A DNA stretch of 62,094 nucleotides, the filler included. It is 10 parts of 10 records of this genome, joined end to end, with 100 filler letters (N's around TTAATTAATTAA, not from the genome) between each part and the next. Parts side by side here need not be neighbours in the genome. Positions count along the whole stretch, not along the records: positions 43,675 to 49,803 come from SRR7504441_4952; positions 49,904 to 56,067 come from SRR7504441_4953; 8 more parts are not named here. One strand, 5' to 3'. Shown here piece by piece: positions 43,740-55,828 of this stretch (position 1 is its first letter; every line of letters starts with the position of its first letter). The notes beneath the pieces were generated by a model. The model had not been told where the DNA came from and did not search any database. It saw only the letters and a list, made by a program, of their open reading frames with translations. The position numbers and the translations under genes were made by a program.

Positions 43740-45282
43740 TCAAGATTGCATATCCTCGTCGCTGCTGACGTCAAGCGCCATGATACCGCCCAAATGCGTG
43801 TCTGCCCCAAGTGCTGCCACGCTCCCACGCTCTTTTTCAGTTTGCTTTGCCGGGATTGGCTGACTTGTCGGTTGACTATTGGCTACTGACTGGCTCATTT
43901 GGCTCATCTGCCGGCATCTGGCACCTAGCAGCTCAGCCAGCGGTGGGCGCTCCTATCGCACCGGCGGGCTGCTGTGTAGCTCCCTTGCAACCTCTGCTCG
44001 CCGAAAATGGTGGGCGGTGCAGCTGGGAGCTCTGTCAACTCGGAGGTCGGGCTTCGGTGCTTCTTGGCTGCCCCATCCAGCGGTTTACGGCCGGATCAGC
44101 TGGCAGCACGGACCGTGCAGCTTGTTCTCGGCCTTGGAGGCCACCACCAGGCGGTTGCCCTGCCTCTTACTTCCGACACGACTCTGCACACAGAGTCCGC
44201 CAACAGAGGCCCCGGGCCTGGGCACCTGGGTCTGATCCGCCATCTGAGCCGGGTTCTGTCGCTTGCGCTTTGGCGCTTTGTCGTGCAGCGGACAGAACGG
44301 GCCGGTCGCCATCTTTAACACTAGCTTGTTGCACCGCTGCTCCGTCCTCTTGCACACGTGCGCGCAAGCCCTGGCCAGAATTTGCTCCAGCCCGGCCCGC
44401 CAGGGTACCGATACTCGGCCGCGGCCCCAAGCAACAACAGCTGCTCTCCCTCGTTAATCGACATGCTTACGCGGCCCCCCTTTTGATCGTTGCGGCGTGC
44501 GTCCAGCGGCTTAGGATTTAGTACCGCAACTACCGACCTGCCAACCCCTCAGCCGCAGTCCGCCTGTTCGCATACCCGGCGGCCATTCTCCCGTGCTCCA
44601 CGGCGCTTCCAAAAAGCAGAAGCGAGAGGGTCTCGTGCCCTAGTTCACTCAGTTCTAGTATAGCGTACTGCCGGCCGCTCGAGCCCATAGTAGGGAGCTT
44701 CTTGGCGGCCACCACCCCAATCAGCAGGCAGCTGGTCGGCGCGTAGCTCCCGGCACGCACCATGTCCAGCAGCTGACCAACCCTGACTGCCCGACGGCCC
44801 TGGCAGAGCCGATCAGCCTCCTGTTTGTCCACCGTCCGGCTAAGCATGGCGATCCCGGCCTGGAAGTCGTTACAGGTCGGCTCGGCCTTGACCGCCAGCT
44901 GCTTGTGCTTCCGTTTGGACGGCTCCCGATGGAGCACCCGGAAGCATTCCTCGCAGAAGTTCTTGGCGCACTCGTCGCACCGCACCGTCGCCTTGGCTTC
45001 GGGATGGAACCACTCGCAGACAAGTGCCGTCGGCCCGCGGGCTGGCTCCGGCTTCTTGGCCGGCCGCGGCGCCGCCGTTGGAGGCACCGCCTCCCTTTCT
45101 CGCCCCGACAGCGCCGGCTGGCTGGGTCGGGCCACCGGCAGGGTCGGTCGGGCCGTCGGTGGCTGCGGCCTTTGCTCGGGCCGGGCCGGCGGGCGGGCGG
45201 CCGGCGGGCGGGCAGGCGGGACGGCCGGCTCGTCCTCGTCCGACGATCCTAGCCCGTCCAGCAGACTGTCGTCACTCTCCAT
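43740..45282 (-). CDS. MCM10: MCM10 replication factor with N-terminal B-box-like zinc finger, multi-intron
   Basis: OB fold LIGVV...SSGRQYAILELSEL...LLLFGSA...VAVLNPK followed by CCCH finger C...C...FCPLH; upstream CEW...CDECAKNFCEECF...H...H. Confidence 0.75.
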
Positions 45283-45368
45283 TATTCCCCGCGCCACTCA
45301 AATGCCCGGCGCCCCACTCAAAAAAAAGCGGCCTCGAGCACGTCCCACCAACCACACCGGTGGGTTGG

Positions 45369-46616
45369 ATGGCGTGTGAAGAGCCGGCGGAGCCAGAGGC
45401 TGGGCACCGGCTGTACCGGTGTATACACAGCTTCGCGGCCAAGGAGGAGGGCGAGTTCGATCTTGAGCCTGGCCAACTCGTCCGGGCGGCCGAGCCCGAG
45501 CAGGGCGGCTGGCTGCAGGTGACCGGCCCGGCCGGGGGCGGGGCGGTGCCCGCAAACCACCTGGAGTTAGTCCAGCCGGAGCTTCCGTTAAAGTACTCGC
45601 TGGCCGAGTGCCACGTGCCGGAGGAGGCCCTGCTCGACTTGACCATGGCAGATCTGTCCAGCCTTCCTATGGATAGCCTCACGCAAGTGCCGCCGCTCCG
45701 CACCTTGCTGCTCCGGCAGAACCCATTCGCCTTCACCGAGCCCGGGGCGCTCGCCGAGTTGGTCAAGCTGCACCCGGGGCTCACCAACCTCGACCTGTAT
45801 GACAACCAGATCGGCGATGCCGGGCCGCTCACCAGGCTGCCCGGTTTGACTCATCTGGACTGCTCATTCAACATGCTCCGGAATACCGAGTGGGCCAGTG
45901 AGCTGCCGCTGCTCGAGCAGCTCTACCTGGTCAAGAACAAGATACAGGCGATCGGGCCCGAGATCGGCCGTCTGGAGAAGCTGACGCTGCTAGAGCTGGG
46001 CGACAACAGGGTTCGGCAAATCGAACACGTGAGCTCTCTGCCCAAACTCGACTCGCTGTGGCTTGCCAGGAATAAAATCACCTCGCTCCAGGTGCGCCGA
46101 GCGCCCAGGCCCGGGGAGCCGGCGAGCAGGGCCTGGAGGGGATGAAGCAGCTGAGGGTTTTGAGCATTCAGTGTAATCGGATCGAGAGCATGCAGGGGAT
46201 ATCTGGGCTGTCGGGACTAGAGGAACTGTACCTCTCGCATAACGGAATACAAGAGATGGACAATCTGGATCAACTGGTGCCGCGGCCATTTGGTGCGATT
46301 AACTGCGTTGGGCAGCCGCGATTGCGCACCCTGGACTTGGCATTCAATAGAGTTCAAGATCTGGGCGACATGTCGGCACTGACCGACCTTCAAGACTTTT
46401 GGGCAAGTGTCCGCCCCTGCTGGCTTGATCCGGTTGTGCCAGTTTAACGGCAATCCTTGGTCTGACATGAGCCAATTGGAGCCGCTGGGCAAGTTGCGCC
46501 ATCTGAGTACAATTTACCTGCACGACACACCTGCGCAGCATCAGGCTGGGAATGCTTACAAAACTCGAGTCCAAGCGATGATCCCTTCGGTCAAGTCCAT
46601 CGATAGCTCCAATTAA
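45369..46616 (+). CDS. SDS22: SH3 + SDS22-like LRR protein (PP1 regulatory subunit 7); introns include 46092-46129 and GC-AG 46403-46442
   Basis: SH3 YRCIHSFAAKEEGEFDL...GGW...VPANHL; LRRs LDLYDNQI, LLELGDNRVRQIE, LSIQCNRI and LEELYLSHNGI. Confidence 0.78.
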
Positions 46617-46759
46617 TCGAGTGACCGAAAATGTCTCAATAAACAAGTATTAGTATATATAGAGTCATCACACAGATCTTGGACAAAGCGTTGACTTCGG
46701 TTTATAAATGAGGTTGAGGATCTCAGCATTACGTACCGGTCCAGATCAGCCGGAGCGGC

Positions 46760-49700
46760 CTAGCGAGTATCTGGCACGGATGGCGCTGGTAACAGAATGT
46801 CGCTCATTTTAGACGGCGAAGCTAGCTGTGAATTCGTGCTTGGGCTGCCAGCAATTGGGATCATGAACTGACTCGCATTGATTTGTGGCGACCCAAACGG
46901 CTTACTCGTAATCACTGGCGATCCGCCCGCTTGCCTTGGAGGCAGGGTGGGCGTGTCCACACAAAACAGCTCGAGGAACTTGCGCACTTGATCCGGGTCT
47001 TCCACATAGTAAGAGGCCTCGGTGTCGGTTGTGAGCGGCTCCTCTCCAACATACACTCCGATCCCACCCAGCGGCCCGAGAGACCGGAACGCATCCTCGT
47101 CAGTCACATCATCGCCGATGTAAATTGGGATGATTTCTAGCCCCTGCTCGTTATCTTGCTTGATAACGTCAAGCAGCCACTCGACGGCCCGGCCCTTATG
47201 CCAGTCTACCTCCGGCCTGAGCTCGTATACCATCTTACCTGCCACCCTGCAGCTCACGAATCCATGGGACTCGCTCAACACCCAGAGTCCAGCTAAGACC
47301 GCACACTAGCCCAAACGAACCGACCGCATAACTGCCTATAGAGAGGGGCATTCGCACCGTCCGTTTTGCGCAGCATCGGCCGAGTGCTGAGCACTTCTTC
47401 CACTGCAGCTTCCACAATGTAACGTTCCTCCTCCGCGACGTTCCTGTAGTGAACCGAGATCGAGAACGTGTTATCCTCGACCAGCATCCCCTCGCAGTCC
47501 TTGAGCTTGACAGCCAGCTCTGTCTTAGCTTCGAGCAGCGCCGGCTGGTAGCTCGAGGCTACAGTGTATCCAAAGTCCACATCCTGGTCCCCACGCCCGA
47601 TGTCGAACCCGTGGCTCCCTGCATACCTGCCCCGATTCAATCTCGAGCACGGAGCACCGCCACCCACCAGAGGTCGTCAATCTGTACAAAGCCGTGCGCT
47701 GTGGCTTTGGTCCGGCCCGTCACGATCGCAGTCGGGTAAAGCTGGGCTAGCGTGCGCACGACGCCTCTCGTCTCCTCTGTCATGATCGCCATTTCAGGGG
47801 TCGAAACTATTGGAGTGAGAGTCCCGTCATAATCCAAGAAAAACGCCACCTGCCCACTGTTCAGCGCCCGCAGCCGAGCCATTGGAGCCACCTGCTTGCC
47901 GGAGCATGTCTCTTTGATAGATTGGTACTGCGTAAGCGCGCTGGGCAGGTATTGAGGCACAATAGGTTGCTCAATGTAGTCTGCTTCGTCACCACTGGGC
48001 GCAGCAGACTCCGTTGCATCCTCTCTTGCGACACTTATGCTCGCCAGCGAAATAAGTATGCTCTCTACATCCTCCGGCTCCAGGCTGTACTGTGACGCCG
48101 AGAGTGTGTGACCCACTTTGACTGTGTACAGCTTGTTGTCCTTAGGCAGGTGAGCCGAGTACGGGAAATCTTCGCTAAGCAGGTTGGTGTAAACGTCCTC
48201 GTCACGCATCGAAAAGTTGCCCATGCACAGCACAAAGTCGAGTGGATCAGGATCCACCTGCCCGCTGTCAGCCAATCAGCCAGCCGGCCGCTCACCGAGT
48301 CCATAGACTTAATTTTCTGGATGAGCAGTGGCGAATTGGAATCCAGCTGCGATTGGCTGCTAGTCCGCCTTCTAATATCAAAACCCTTGGACTGCCCCTC
48401 ACTCTCTGCATGTGCAGCAGACAGAGCGTCCACTGATACGCTGCGGGACATCTCCGCCAACCCTTCGCTGTTTGCGCCTGCAGTCACATTCAGTGCCTCT
48501 GAGGTGCTCTTCTTTCTGTCGTGGTGTGCCCGGATACGTTGCTTACGCCTATCGGCCAGGCTTTGGCTCTCGGCCGGAACAGGCTCCACAACTTCCTCCA
48601 CGCCCTCGTCCAGCTCACCCTGCTCCTCAGGCTGCTCCATTGGCTGCTCCTCCCTTTCACGGTACCCTAGCTCTTCCATGATCAAGTCGAGCGTCTCACC
48701 CTTAGTGATCCCGTGTGGCCTTACTTCCACCTTTGAGCTGTGCATTATCACTTCGACAGGCACGTTTGCAAGCACTTTCTCCACATGTGTGGTGAGGTCG
48801 CTAGCCTGCAGCTCGGCAAACTCGTCCTCCGCTTCCTTGTAGTGCCACGTTATTGAGCACTCCTGCACCTCTAGAAAGGTGTTGGGAGTCCTCTCCTCGA
48901 AATACTTGAATACAGGCTTGACCGACTCGGACCAAGAAGGGTCCATAGGCTCCTCGATTGATTGCCAGTCCTGCTCTCGACCCCCAAACCGATACCATAG
49001 CCCGTTCTCTGCCACCAGCCACACAGGCAGCATCCCCACCCAGTCGTCCAGCACAGCCCGCTCGCGCCCACTCATCACTACCACTGTGTTGTGCGGATCC
49101 TCCGCCAACGTGCGCAGCGCTTCGTGCATGTTGTCCTCGAGCAGCCCTCGCGCCTTAAATTTCTGGAAGCTGAGCAGGCAGTCGACCAGCCCGAATATGA
49201 GCAGAGACTTCTTGCCGCGCTTGTAATTCTTGTACATCATCTTCTTGACGTCAGGCGCCAAGTTTTGGGGCTCCTGCACCTCGACAGGAACCCCTGTTAT
49301 GCCCTCGAACTGCTCCATGTATTCAAGGTTCTTCAGGTCAGACAGAAAGTTGCTCGCCCACGTCTGAGCTGTGTTCCTAGAAATGTACTGAAACAAGTAA
49401 TCGTGTCGCTGCTCGCGCTCGGCTTTGCTCATATTCAGTCCGTCGTAGATTGCTGTACTCATCTCATCAATGTTGAATGGATTAACTAGCAGTGCCCCAG
49501 CCCCAAGCCCCTGGGCTGCCCCGGCAAGCTCTGACAGGATCAGCACGCCACAGGTCCCCTCCTGGCACGCCACATACTCCATGCTGACCAGGTTCATCCC
49601 ATCGCGCAGCGAAGTCACCAGCGCAATGTCCGCCAGAGCATACCTACCAAGCTCTCACCGCCAGCGCCAAGCTGTGCCTCACATGGCAGCTAATCTATTG

Positions 49701-49803
49701 TGCTCAATGTGCTGATCCAGGTAGTGTATGGGGACGTCCTCCAGCGTGCCGTGCTTGCCGTTAATCCTCCCAACCAGTTTATGCACCTACCCAAGCCTCT
49801 CCC
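46760..49803 (-). CDS. Trehalose-6-phosphate synthase/phosphatase with two TPP domains, 5' truncated, multi-intron
   Basis: TSLRDGMNLVSMEY and LILSELAGAA (TPS); degenerate TPP domain (SGR, AENG, VEVRP); second TPP domain with FLDYDGTL, YAGSHG and GDDVTDEDAF. Confidence 0.9.
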
Positions 49804-49903
49804 NNNNNNNNNNNNNNNNNNNNNNNNNNNNNNNNNNNNNNNNNNNNTTAATTAATTAANNNNNNNNNNNNNNNNNNNNNNNNNNNNNNNNNNNNNNNNN
49901 NNN

Positions 49904-51381
49904 GCCATCTTGTTCTGGGTGAGCGTGCCGGTCTTGTCTGACACGACGTACTGCACTTGGCCGAGGTCTTCTATCACGGAGCTGTTCTTGACCTGGGCAG
50001 ATTGGTCCATGTCCTCGTCGTACATCCCGAGGTCCCAGGCCACCCAGTTCCCGACCAGCAGCTTGATCCCATCAATCGTGAGCGGGAGCACAAGCGGTAT
50101 CATAACAGACTGAAGGATCATCCAGGTCCCGAAGCCGATGATAGCCACCAGCGCGGGCGAGTCCGGGTTGAAGTATCCGATCTCGAGCTCAGTGAACAGC
50201 TCAGTCGGGTTGTATTGGAGCTGAAGGTACCAGTGGCCTGGTCCGTCAATGTTACTCCAGAATGCCATCGCGACCGATAGAGTGATGCAAACGCACACCG
50301 TGACAGCAAACACCCACATCACGATCAGGTTCATCCTGTGCTCCACCTGGGTCACTTTGCGGGCGATCGTCATCCGGTTGTTCATCACCAGTTTGGACTG
50401 TTCGCCGGTGTAAAGCACCATTCCCCACACCTTGTGCGTCTGCTCCACTACCGTCCCTCGCAGCATGAACCCGGACCGGTAGATGTGCACCTTGCGCCCG
50501 TCGTTCAGCACCGCCTCGCCCTCCAGATTATCGATATCGCCGTTCGGGGCCGGGATGTCCACATACCTCACGTGCTTCTGCAGGGTGCCCACATGCGGCT
50601 CACGCCAGAACGCCTTGCGCAGATCTTGGACCCCGGCTTGCCGGGCCTTGAGGGTGGTCTCGCCATCCAGCCCCTTGGTGCTCACGTTGACCGCCCCGTT
50701 GTCGTTCAGAAAGGCTTCGGGGTCTTCATGGTTGAACTTCAGTGAGCCGAGAATCATCATGTCCGCTGGCACCTGCTCGTTCTCGTGGACTTGGATCAGG
50801 GTGCCCGGCCATAACGAGCCCCAGTTCCGCTCCTCCCACTGCCCGGACTCCTCCGAATACACCACGCACGGGCGACTGTTGGTCTCGGCATCCGATGAAG
50901 CCCGGCGCGCATCCTCATACCCGTCCTTTGCCATGGTAGCGCCGACCATCGCGGCCAGGCCGCCGATGTTGGGGTAGCCGTTGGAGGCGGGCGAGATGAT
51001 CGGGATCATGTAGAGTACCGCGATGCACAGTTGATAGATGTTGGCGACCCGGCAGAATTGCTCGAATAAATTCATCGGCACAAAGAGCAACCAGCTGGGG
51101 TACTTGCGGGAGCTCAACCGGTTGTCCACGCACAGCTTGATCAGCTTGTTGTCCCCCGGCCGGTCGCACCGCACCAACCGCCGGTCCAGCCCGGCATCCT
51201 CGGGTTGCTCGTCCATTTCGCCTAGCTCGACGGCGGGGAGTGGCTCGTCGACCGGCAGCTCCTCGTCTTGCTCGGGCAACGGCTTCAGCTTGTCGGCCCC
51301 ACCTGGCCCGCACCGGCGTTAGTCCAAACCGCCCACAGCCGCCCGGCACGCACCCATCGTCGCCCCGAAGCGCGAGCTCAT
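49904..51381 (-). CDS. P4-type ATPase (phospholipid flippase), 5' part
   Basis: NLFEQF, LDGET, IEDLGQVQY and SDKTGTLTQN motifs. Confidence 0.92.
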
Positions 51382-51434
51382 GCTGTCGGGCTTCGCTCAC
51401 CAAAGCGTTGTGCTCACCAGCCAACCGTAAAAAA

Positions 51435-51442
51435 CAACGGAA
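51435..51442 (+). promoter_or_regulatory. YAACGG motif in divergent promoter
   Basis: CAACGGAA between ATGs at 51381(-) and 51499(+). Confidence 0.55.
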
Positions 51443-51498
51443 GACTTCCTGTTTCCTGAAGGAGGTCCTTCTTCCTTCTACGGCGACATCACTGGTAG

Positions 51499-52695
51499 AT
51501 GGGTGCCATGATGCAGGCCACCCGCGGGCTGCTGCTGGGCATCGGCCTGATCCAGCTGGTCCACGGGTCCGACCGAAGCATGAGCTGCGCCGACGTCCGC
51601 CGGCTCTACAGGAACACCGGCGACCCGGCCCAACCAGCCTGCTGCGGCCACAAGAACAGCAGCTTCACTCCGGCCAACATCTCGGCCGCCGCCGCCGTGT
51701 GCGAGCCGCTGGCGCTCGAGATGCAGCTGGTGCACGGCTTTATCTTCCTGCGCCAGATCGAGGACAAGGCCGTGGACAGCCAAAGCCCGGCCACATTCGG
51801 CAAGATCGCGCCAAACGGGCTGCGGGTCTCGGGGTGGTCGGGTGAGTCGAGCAAGCTGCTGAAGAGCATCGGGAGCGGGGAGACGCGGATGGCGATGCAC
51901 ATGCTGGTGTACGACTCGTCGGAGCACCCGCCGCTGAGCCTGTTCTCCGAGTTCCCTTTTGGGTTGTGGCCAGACCAAATGGAGGAATTCCTGGAGAATC
52001 GGGGCGGGACCGAGCTGCTCAACCAGTATCTGCAGGAGACGCTCGGGCTGGACCTGGTGGCCTTCCCCGCGGCGGTGATGGAGTCGTCTTCGGGCGGCTG
52101 GAGCACAAAGCGTCTCGACACAATCGAAGACTTCTCCGGGCTGAAGGCAAGGGCAATCAACATCATGGCTGAAGTGCTCAAAACAGCCAACGTCACCACC
52201 TTTCCGCTAAGCGCCACCAAAATCGCCCCCGAGGTGGCCGCCGGGAATCTGGATTTTGTCGAGTTCAACAGCCCTGCAGTTGACTACTCTTTCCGAGACT
52301 GCTGTAAGTTTGAGTTTGAGGATGCGTTCACATACTATTACCTGAATACCTGGTCAGAGCGGTCGAATGTGTACTACTGGATGATCTCCAAGCCGTTCTA
52401 TGACTCGTGGGATTCAGACACCCAAGCTAAGTTCCATGCGGATCGCAAGGCAGGGCTGGCCAGCAACACAGCCTGGCAGAAGCAGCAAAATGCGGAGAAG
52501 TTTGCGTTGATGGCTCCCAATGTGACTGCGTTACAGATGAACAGCTCAATCATAGAATGGTTCCGGCAGAAATTCGAAGAGAGCATTCTGCCAGATCTGC
52601 TTGCTGATGAGGATTTTGCTAAGATATACGCCGTGTACAACGAGACCCGAACAGCCGTGACCACACAAGGTTACCCTGTAGCCTACCAGCAGTAG
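51499..52695 (+). CDS. Secreted TRAP-transporter substrate-binding protein-like (DctP/TakP family)
   Basis: PFGL...GGTELL, GGWSTKRLDTIEDFSGLKAR and GNLDFVEF...DY...YYY motifs; signal peptide; several NxS/T sequons. Confidence 0.72.
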   Translation: MGAMMQATRGLLLGIGLIQLVHGSDRSMSCADVRRLYRNTGDPAQPACCGHKNSSFTPANISAAAAVCEPLALEMQLVHGFIFLRQIEDKAVDSQSPATFGKIAPNGLRVSGWSGESSKLLKSIGSGETRMAMHMLVYDSSEHPPLSLFSEFPFGLWPDQMEEFLENRGGTELLNQYLQETLGLDLVAFPAAVMESSSGGWSTKRLDTIEDFSGLKARAINIMAEVLKTANVTTFPLSATKIAPEVAAGNLDFVEFNSPAVDYSFRDCCKFEFEDAFTYYYLNTWSERSNVYYWMISKPFYDSWDSDTQAKFHADRKAGLASNTAWQKQQNAEKFALMAPNVTALQMNSSIIEWFRQKFEESILPDLLADEDFAKIYAVYNETRTAVTTQGYPVAYQQ

Positions 52696-53003
52696 CCTTC
52701 TCCCGCCCATGAAATCATCTCGGCTCAAAATCACGCGATCTGGGTCGTTCTCATTTCTTGTTACATGTACTTTCTCGTAGATCTTGATCTTAGAGATCTA
52801 CTTACGACGTTCGAATGTAGAAACATCAGCAGAGAGCTCTATAGAGTTTCTGACATCATATTTGTGCTAATAGACAGATAAACAACGCCGAAGTCCTCTG
52901 CTCAAGTACCAACTTGTAAGCGCCTCGCTTGCAACCGAGGCGCCGAGGCCTGCTGTAGGACTACCGGTAATGCGACACTGACTGAAGGTAACATAAATAG
53001 AAG

Positions 53004-53916
53004 ATGGCGGGAGCTGGACTGGCGCCGGAGCTGGCCGGCGCGCTGTCGGAGCTCGGGCCGACTGTGGACGGGCTGGGTGTGGCTTTCACCAAGCTATCGC
53101 TCTCCGAAGCCGAGTCCGGCGACTGGGCCGGCCAGCTGCCCCGGCTGCGGCACGTGAGCCAGCTGTCGGTCGAGGGGGCACAGCTGGCCGACTCGGAGGC
53201 CGACGGGATCAACGAACTCGACTTGCTCACCACCGTCTCGCTCAGCCGGAACGCGCTCACGGCGGTGAGCTGCCGGTGCTCTGGTGGAGCTGAGCCGGCT
53301 GGACAGCTGCCGTTCAAGCCTGAGAGAGTGCACAGCTACCTGCAGCGGCTCGACCTCAGCCACAACCAGATCGGCGGGGCGGTGCCGGCGGGGCGGGGCG
53401 GTGTCGGGAGCTGGTTGGGCAGGCGCTGGACTTGGGGGCTGTGTGTCCAGTGCTCCGCTCCTTGGACTTGAGTCACAACCAGCTGAATGGATTGCAAGGA
53501 CTGCGCTGCCCTGGAGGGATGACGGTGCCCAGCAACGGCAACGGCAACGGCCAGCCTGGGGCAGGAGCTGAACCTGGCGAATAACCAGCTCGAGTCGCTT
53601 GTGGGGCTGCAGGCGGGCGGGCTGGTCCAACTGAATCTTGCGAACAATGCAATCCAACAGCTGCACGACGTAACAAGGCAAGATGACCCTGCGTACCACG
53701 GTGCCGCGGCGGCCGGATCCAGAGCTGAGCGGGGGCAGATGAGTGGGCCGCCGGATTTGGTGCCCTTGAGGATTTGGATCTTGAAGGCAATGCGATCGGA
53801 GCCGTGCCGATGCCAGAGTTGGTAGCCAGGCGGTGTTTGAGCCCCAGGTCAGGTCAAGGTGCAAGAGGCTATTGGCAACAATAGCAGAAGTAGCGGAGCT
53901 CGAAGGACCCCGCGAT
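53004..53916 (+). CDS. Leucine-rich repeat protein, multi-intron (3' end uncertain)
   Basis: LDLSHNQI, LNLANNQL and LDLEGNAI repeats. Confidence 0.7.
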
Positions 53917-54138
53917 AAGCAGCTGGTCCTATCATTTGCACGGTGCGCTTGATGGTGCTTGGACTTCCCCACATTTCAAGTGATCAAAACTCAATTTAGC
54001 TACTCGTGATTGGACGCCGCTTGTCAAATATGTAATAAAATTAATGTATGTAATACCGTCTGAGTTCGTATTTTATTCAGCGTTTCAAGCACTTGGCCAT
54101 TAGGCGGCCGTAGCAAGTACTTGAGCAAGTACTACATA

Positions 54139-54161
54139 GTACTCGTACTCCGTACGAGTAC
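54139..54161. repeat. GTACTCGTAC-tcc-GTACGAGTAC hairpin in a convergent 3' intergenic region
   Basis: Perfect 10-bp stem; the same decamer core recurs at 969, 9493, 20945, 20988 and 61330. Confidence 0.6.
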
Positions 54162-54239
54162 GTAATTGTTACACAGCATCCAAATCACAAACGCAGCATC
54201 CTATCGTATGCTGTTGGCAACTCTGCCGAGAGCCCCGGC

Positions 54240-54878
54240 TCAATACTGATTTAGTGTATTGCTGTAGAACTTGTCCAGAAACTCGGAATTGGTTGCCTGC
54301 CCCCGGTGAGCCCAGCGTCAGCCACTCGCAGGCACCTTTGTGAGAGCGGCTCTGCCACCATAGATCTTCTCGACTTCCATGTAGCGGTAGACGTGCGTAG
54401 GGGTCTTCCACATCATTAACGTCTCCTCCAGCTCTTGCGCAGCTCTGCGGCCCCACACTGAGCACCCAGCGGCCGGTTCGACTGGCCACAGACGCCCCCT
54501 TTCCAGACCCTCCCAGTCGACTGTCGACAATCCCCACGAACAGCACAAGGGGCGCAGGCACCGGAAGAGGCCACGGTCGATGCGCTCCACGTCGTCGCCG
54601 TTGGCCGCGCCCGCCGCCCGCCACTCGCCCGCGATTCTATCCCGGAAGCTGGCCACAGGCACCTGCACCCGCTCGCGCTGGGCCGGGCCGGGGCGGTACA
54701 GTGGTCAGCTTATAGTCCGAGAGGATCTGGGGCACGGAGCGCAGGATCTGGCGGTAGAGACGGACTGACCGCTGCTGCGCGTCGGCCACTGGCGCAGCCG
54801 GTCAGGGGGAGGGCAGGGGGCGGGCTCACGGCTGGTCGAGCTGGTGGCACGGAGCGCCTTGGGGATGATCGGATTCAT
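54240..54878 (-). CDS. NDUFA6: Complex I subunit NDUFA6/B14 (LYR family), four introns
   Basis: Spliced product RSVRLYRQILRSVP...IDRGLFRAAQELEETLMMWKTPTHVYRYM...SEFLDKFY. It is not visible as a single ORF in the track. Confidence 0.85.
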
Positions 54879-55009
54879 CGAGGCCGGCCCGAACCAAACT
54901 GATTGACGCCCCGGGGTCGGTCACAGGCCTGCTCCACCACCTCCGAGGGCCGAGGGCTCGGCAGCGCACCTGGGTGGTGCCTTCGCCTTGGCTGAATAAC
55001 GGACATATC

Positions 55010-55828
55010 ATGGCTGGGGCGACTGGTGAGGCTCATCCAGGAGAGCAGACTGTTCGGCACCGGCTGGCCGAGGCGCTGCTGCCGGAGGACGGCTTGCTCA
55101 ACAGCATTGACCGCCAACCGGAGGTCTCCATGTCCACGCAGTCGTTGCGCGGCGCCAAGGCCATTTCGCTCTTGTTCGGGGTGCTGGTCCTGCGCGAGTA
55201 CCGGGGGCTGATGTACCCACACCCGGGCTGGCTGTTCCACCTGCACATCACGGCGGCGACCGGGTTCGTGGTGCTGCTGGTGCACGCCACCTGCTGGTCT
55301 GTCGAGGCCGGCATGCTGCAAGGGGACGAAAAGCTGAGGCGAAGCAAGCTGGTCTGGCACCGGTACGGCATGTCCGGGTTGGTGTTCGTGCTCACCGGGG
55401 GCACCGCCGGGCTGATGCTTTACAAGAAGTGGAAGGGCGGGCTGGGCTTTCTGTTGCTCTCCGGGCGGATGCCGTCCTACCACTCCTGGTCCTGGCTTGG
55501 CTGGGCCGGGCTCGCCGTATTCATGGCGCTCTCCGGCTTATTGATACACACCGCCGTAGATCCTCCCGCGGTGCTCAAGTCGTTGGCCGTGCGGGTATAT
55601 GGGTCGATTGGGAAGGCTCGGCTGTCGCTCCGGGCGTTGCACAATTGGGTTGGGCTTGTGGCGTTCTCTGTCGGTCTGATGCTCGCGGGACTTGGTTTGA
55701 CCGAGAAGAATAACGACCCGTCCAAGGAAATGCTGGCCTGGTTCTTGGGACTGATCTGGATCATGGTGACGCTGCCGGCGGTAGGCTCACTCATGAATCG
55801 TCCCACTAAGGCCAACAAGGCGAACTGA
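55010..55828 (+). CDS. Cytochrome b561-family membrane protein
   Basis: Multiple TM helices with spaced His residues: HLH, VWH, SYHSW and ALHNWVG. Confidence 0.65.
   Translation: MAGATGEAHPGEQTVRHRLAEALLPEDGLLNSIDRQPEVSMSTQSLRGAKAISLLFGVLVLREYRGLMYPHPGWLFHLHITAATGFVVLLVHATCWSVEAGMLQGDEKLRRSKLVWHRYGMSGLVFVLTGGTAGLMLYKKWKGGLGFLLLSGRMPSYHSWSWLGWAGLAVFMALSGLLIHTAVDPPAVLKSLAVRVYGSIGKARLSLRALHNWVGLVAFSVGLMLAGLGLTEKNNDPSKEMLAWFLGLIWIMVTLPAVGSLMNRPTKANKAN

Noticed and set aside
47239-47357. TPP riboswitch in the long intron
   Set aside because: The conserved CTGAGA and GATCAGG/TAAT core motifs are absent.
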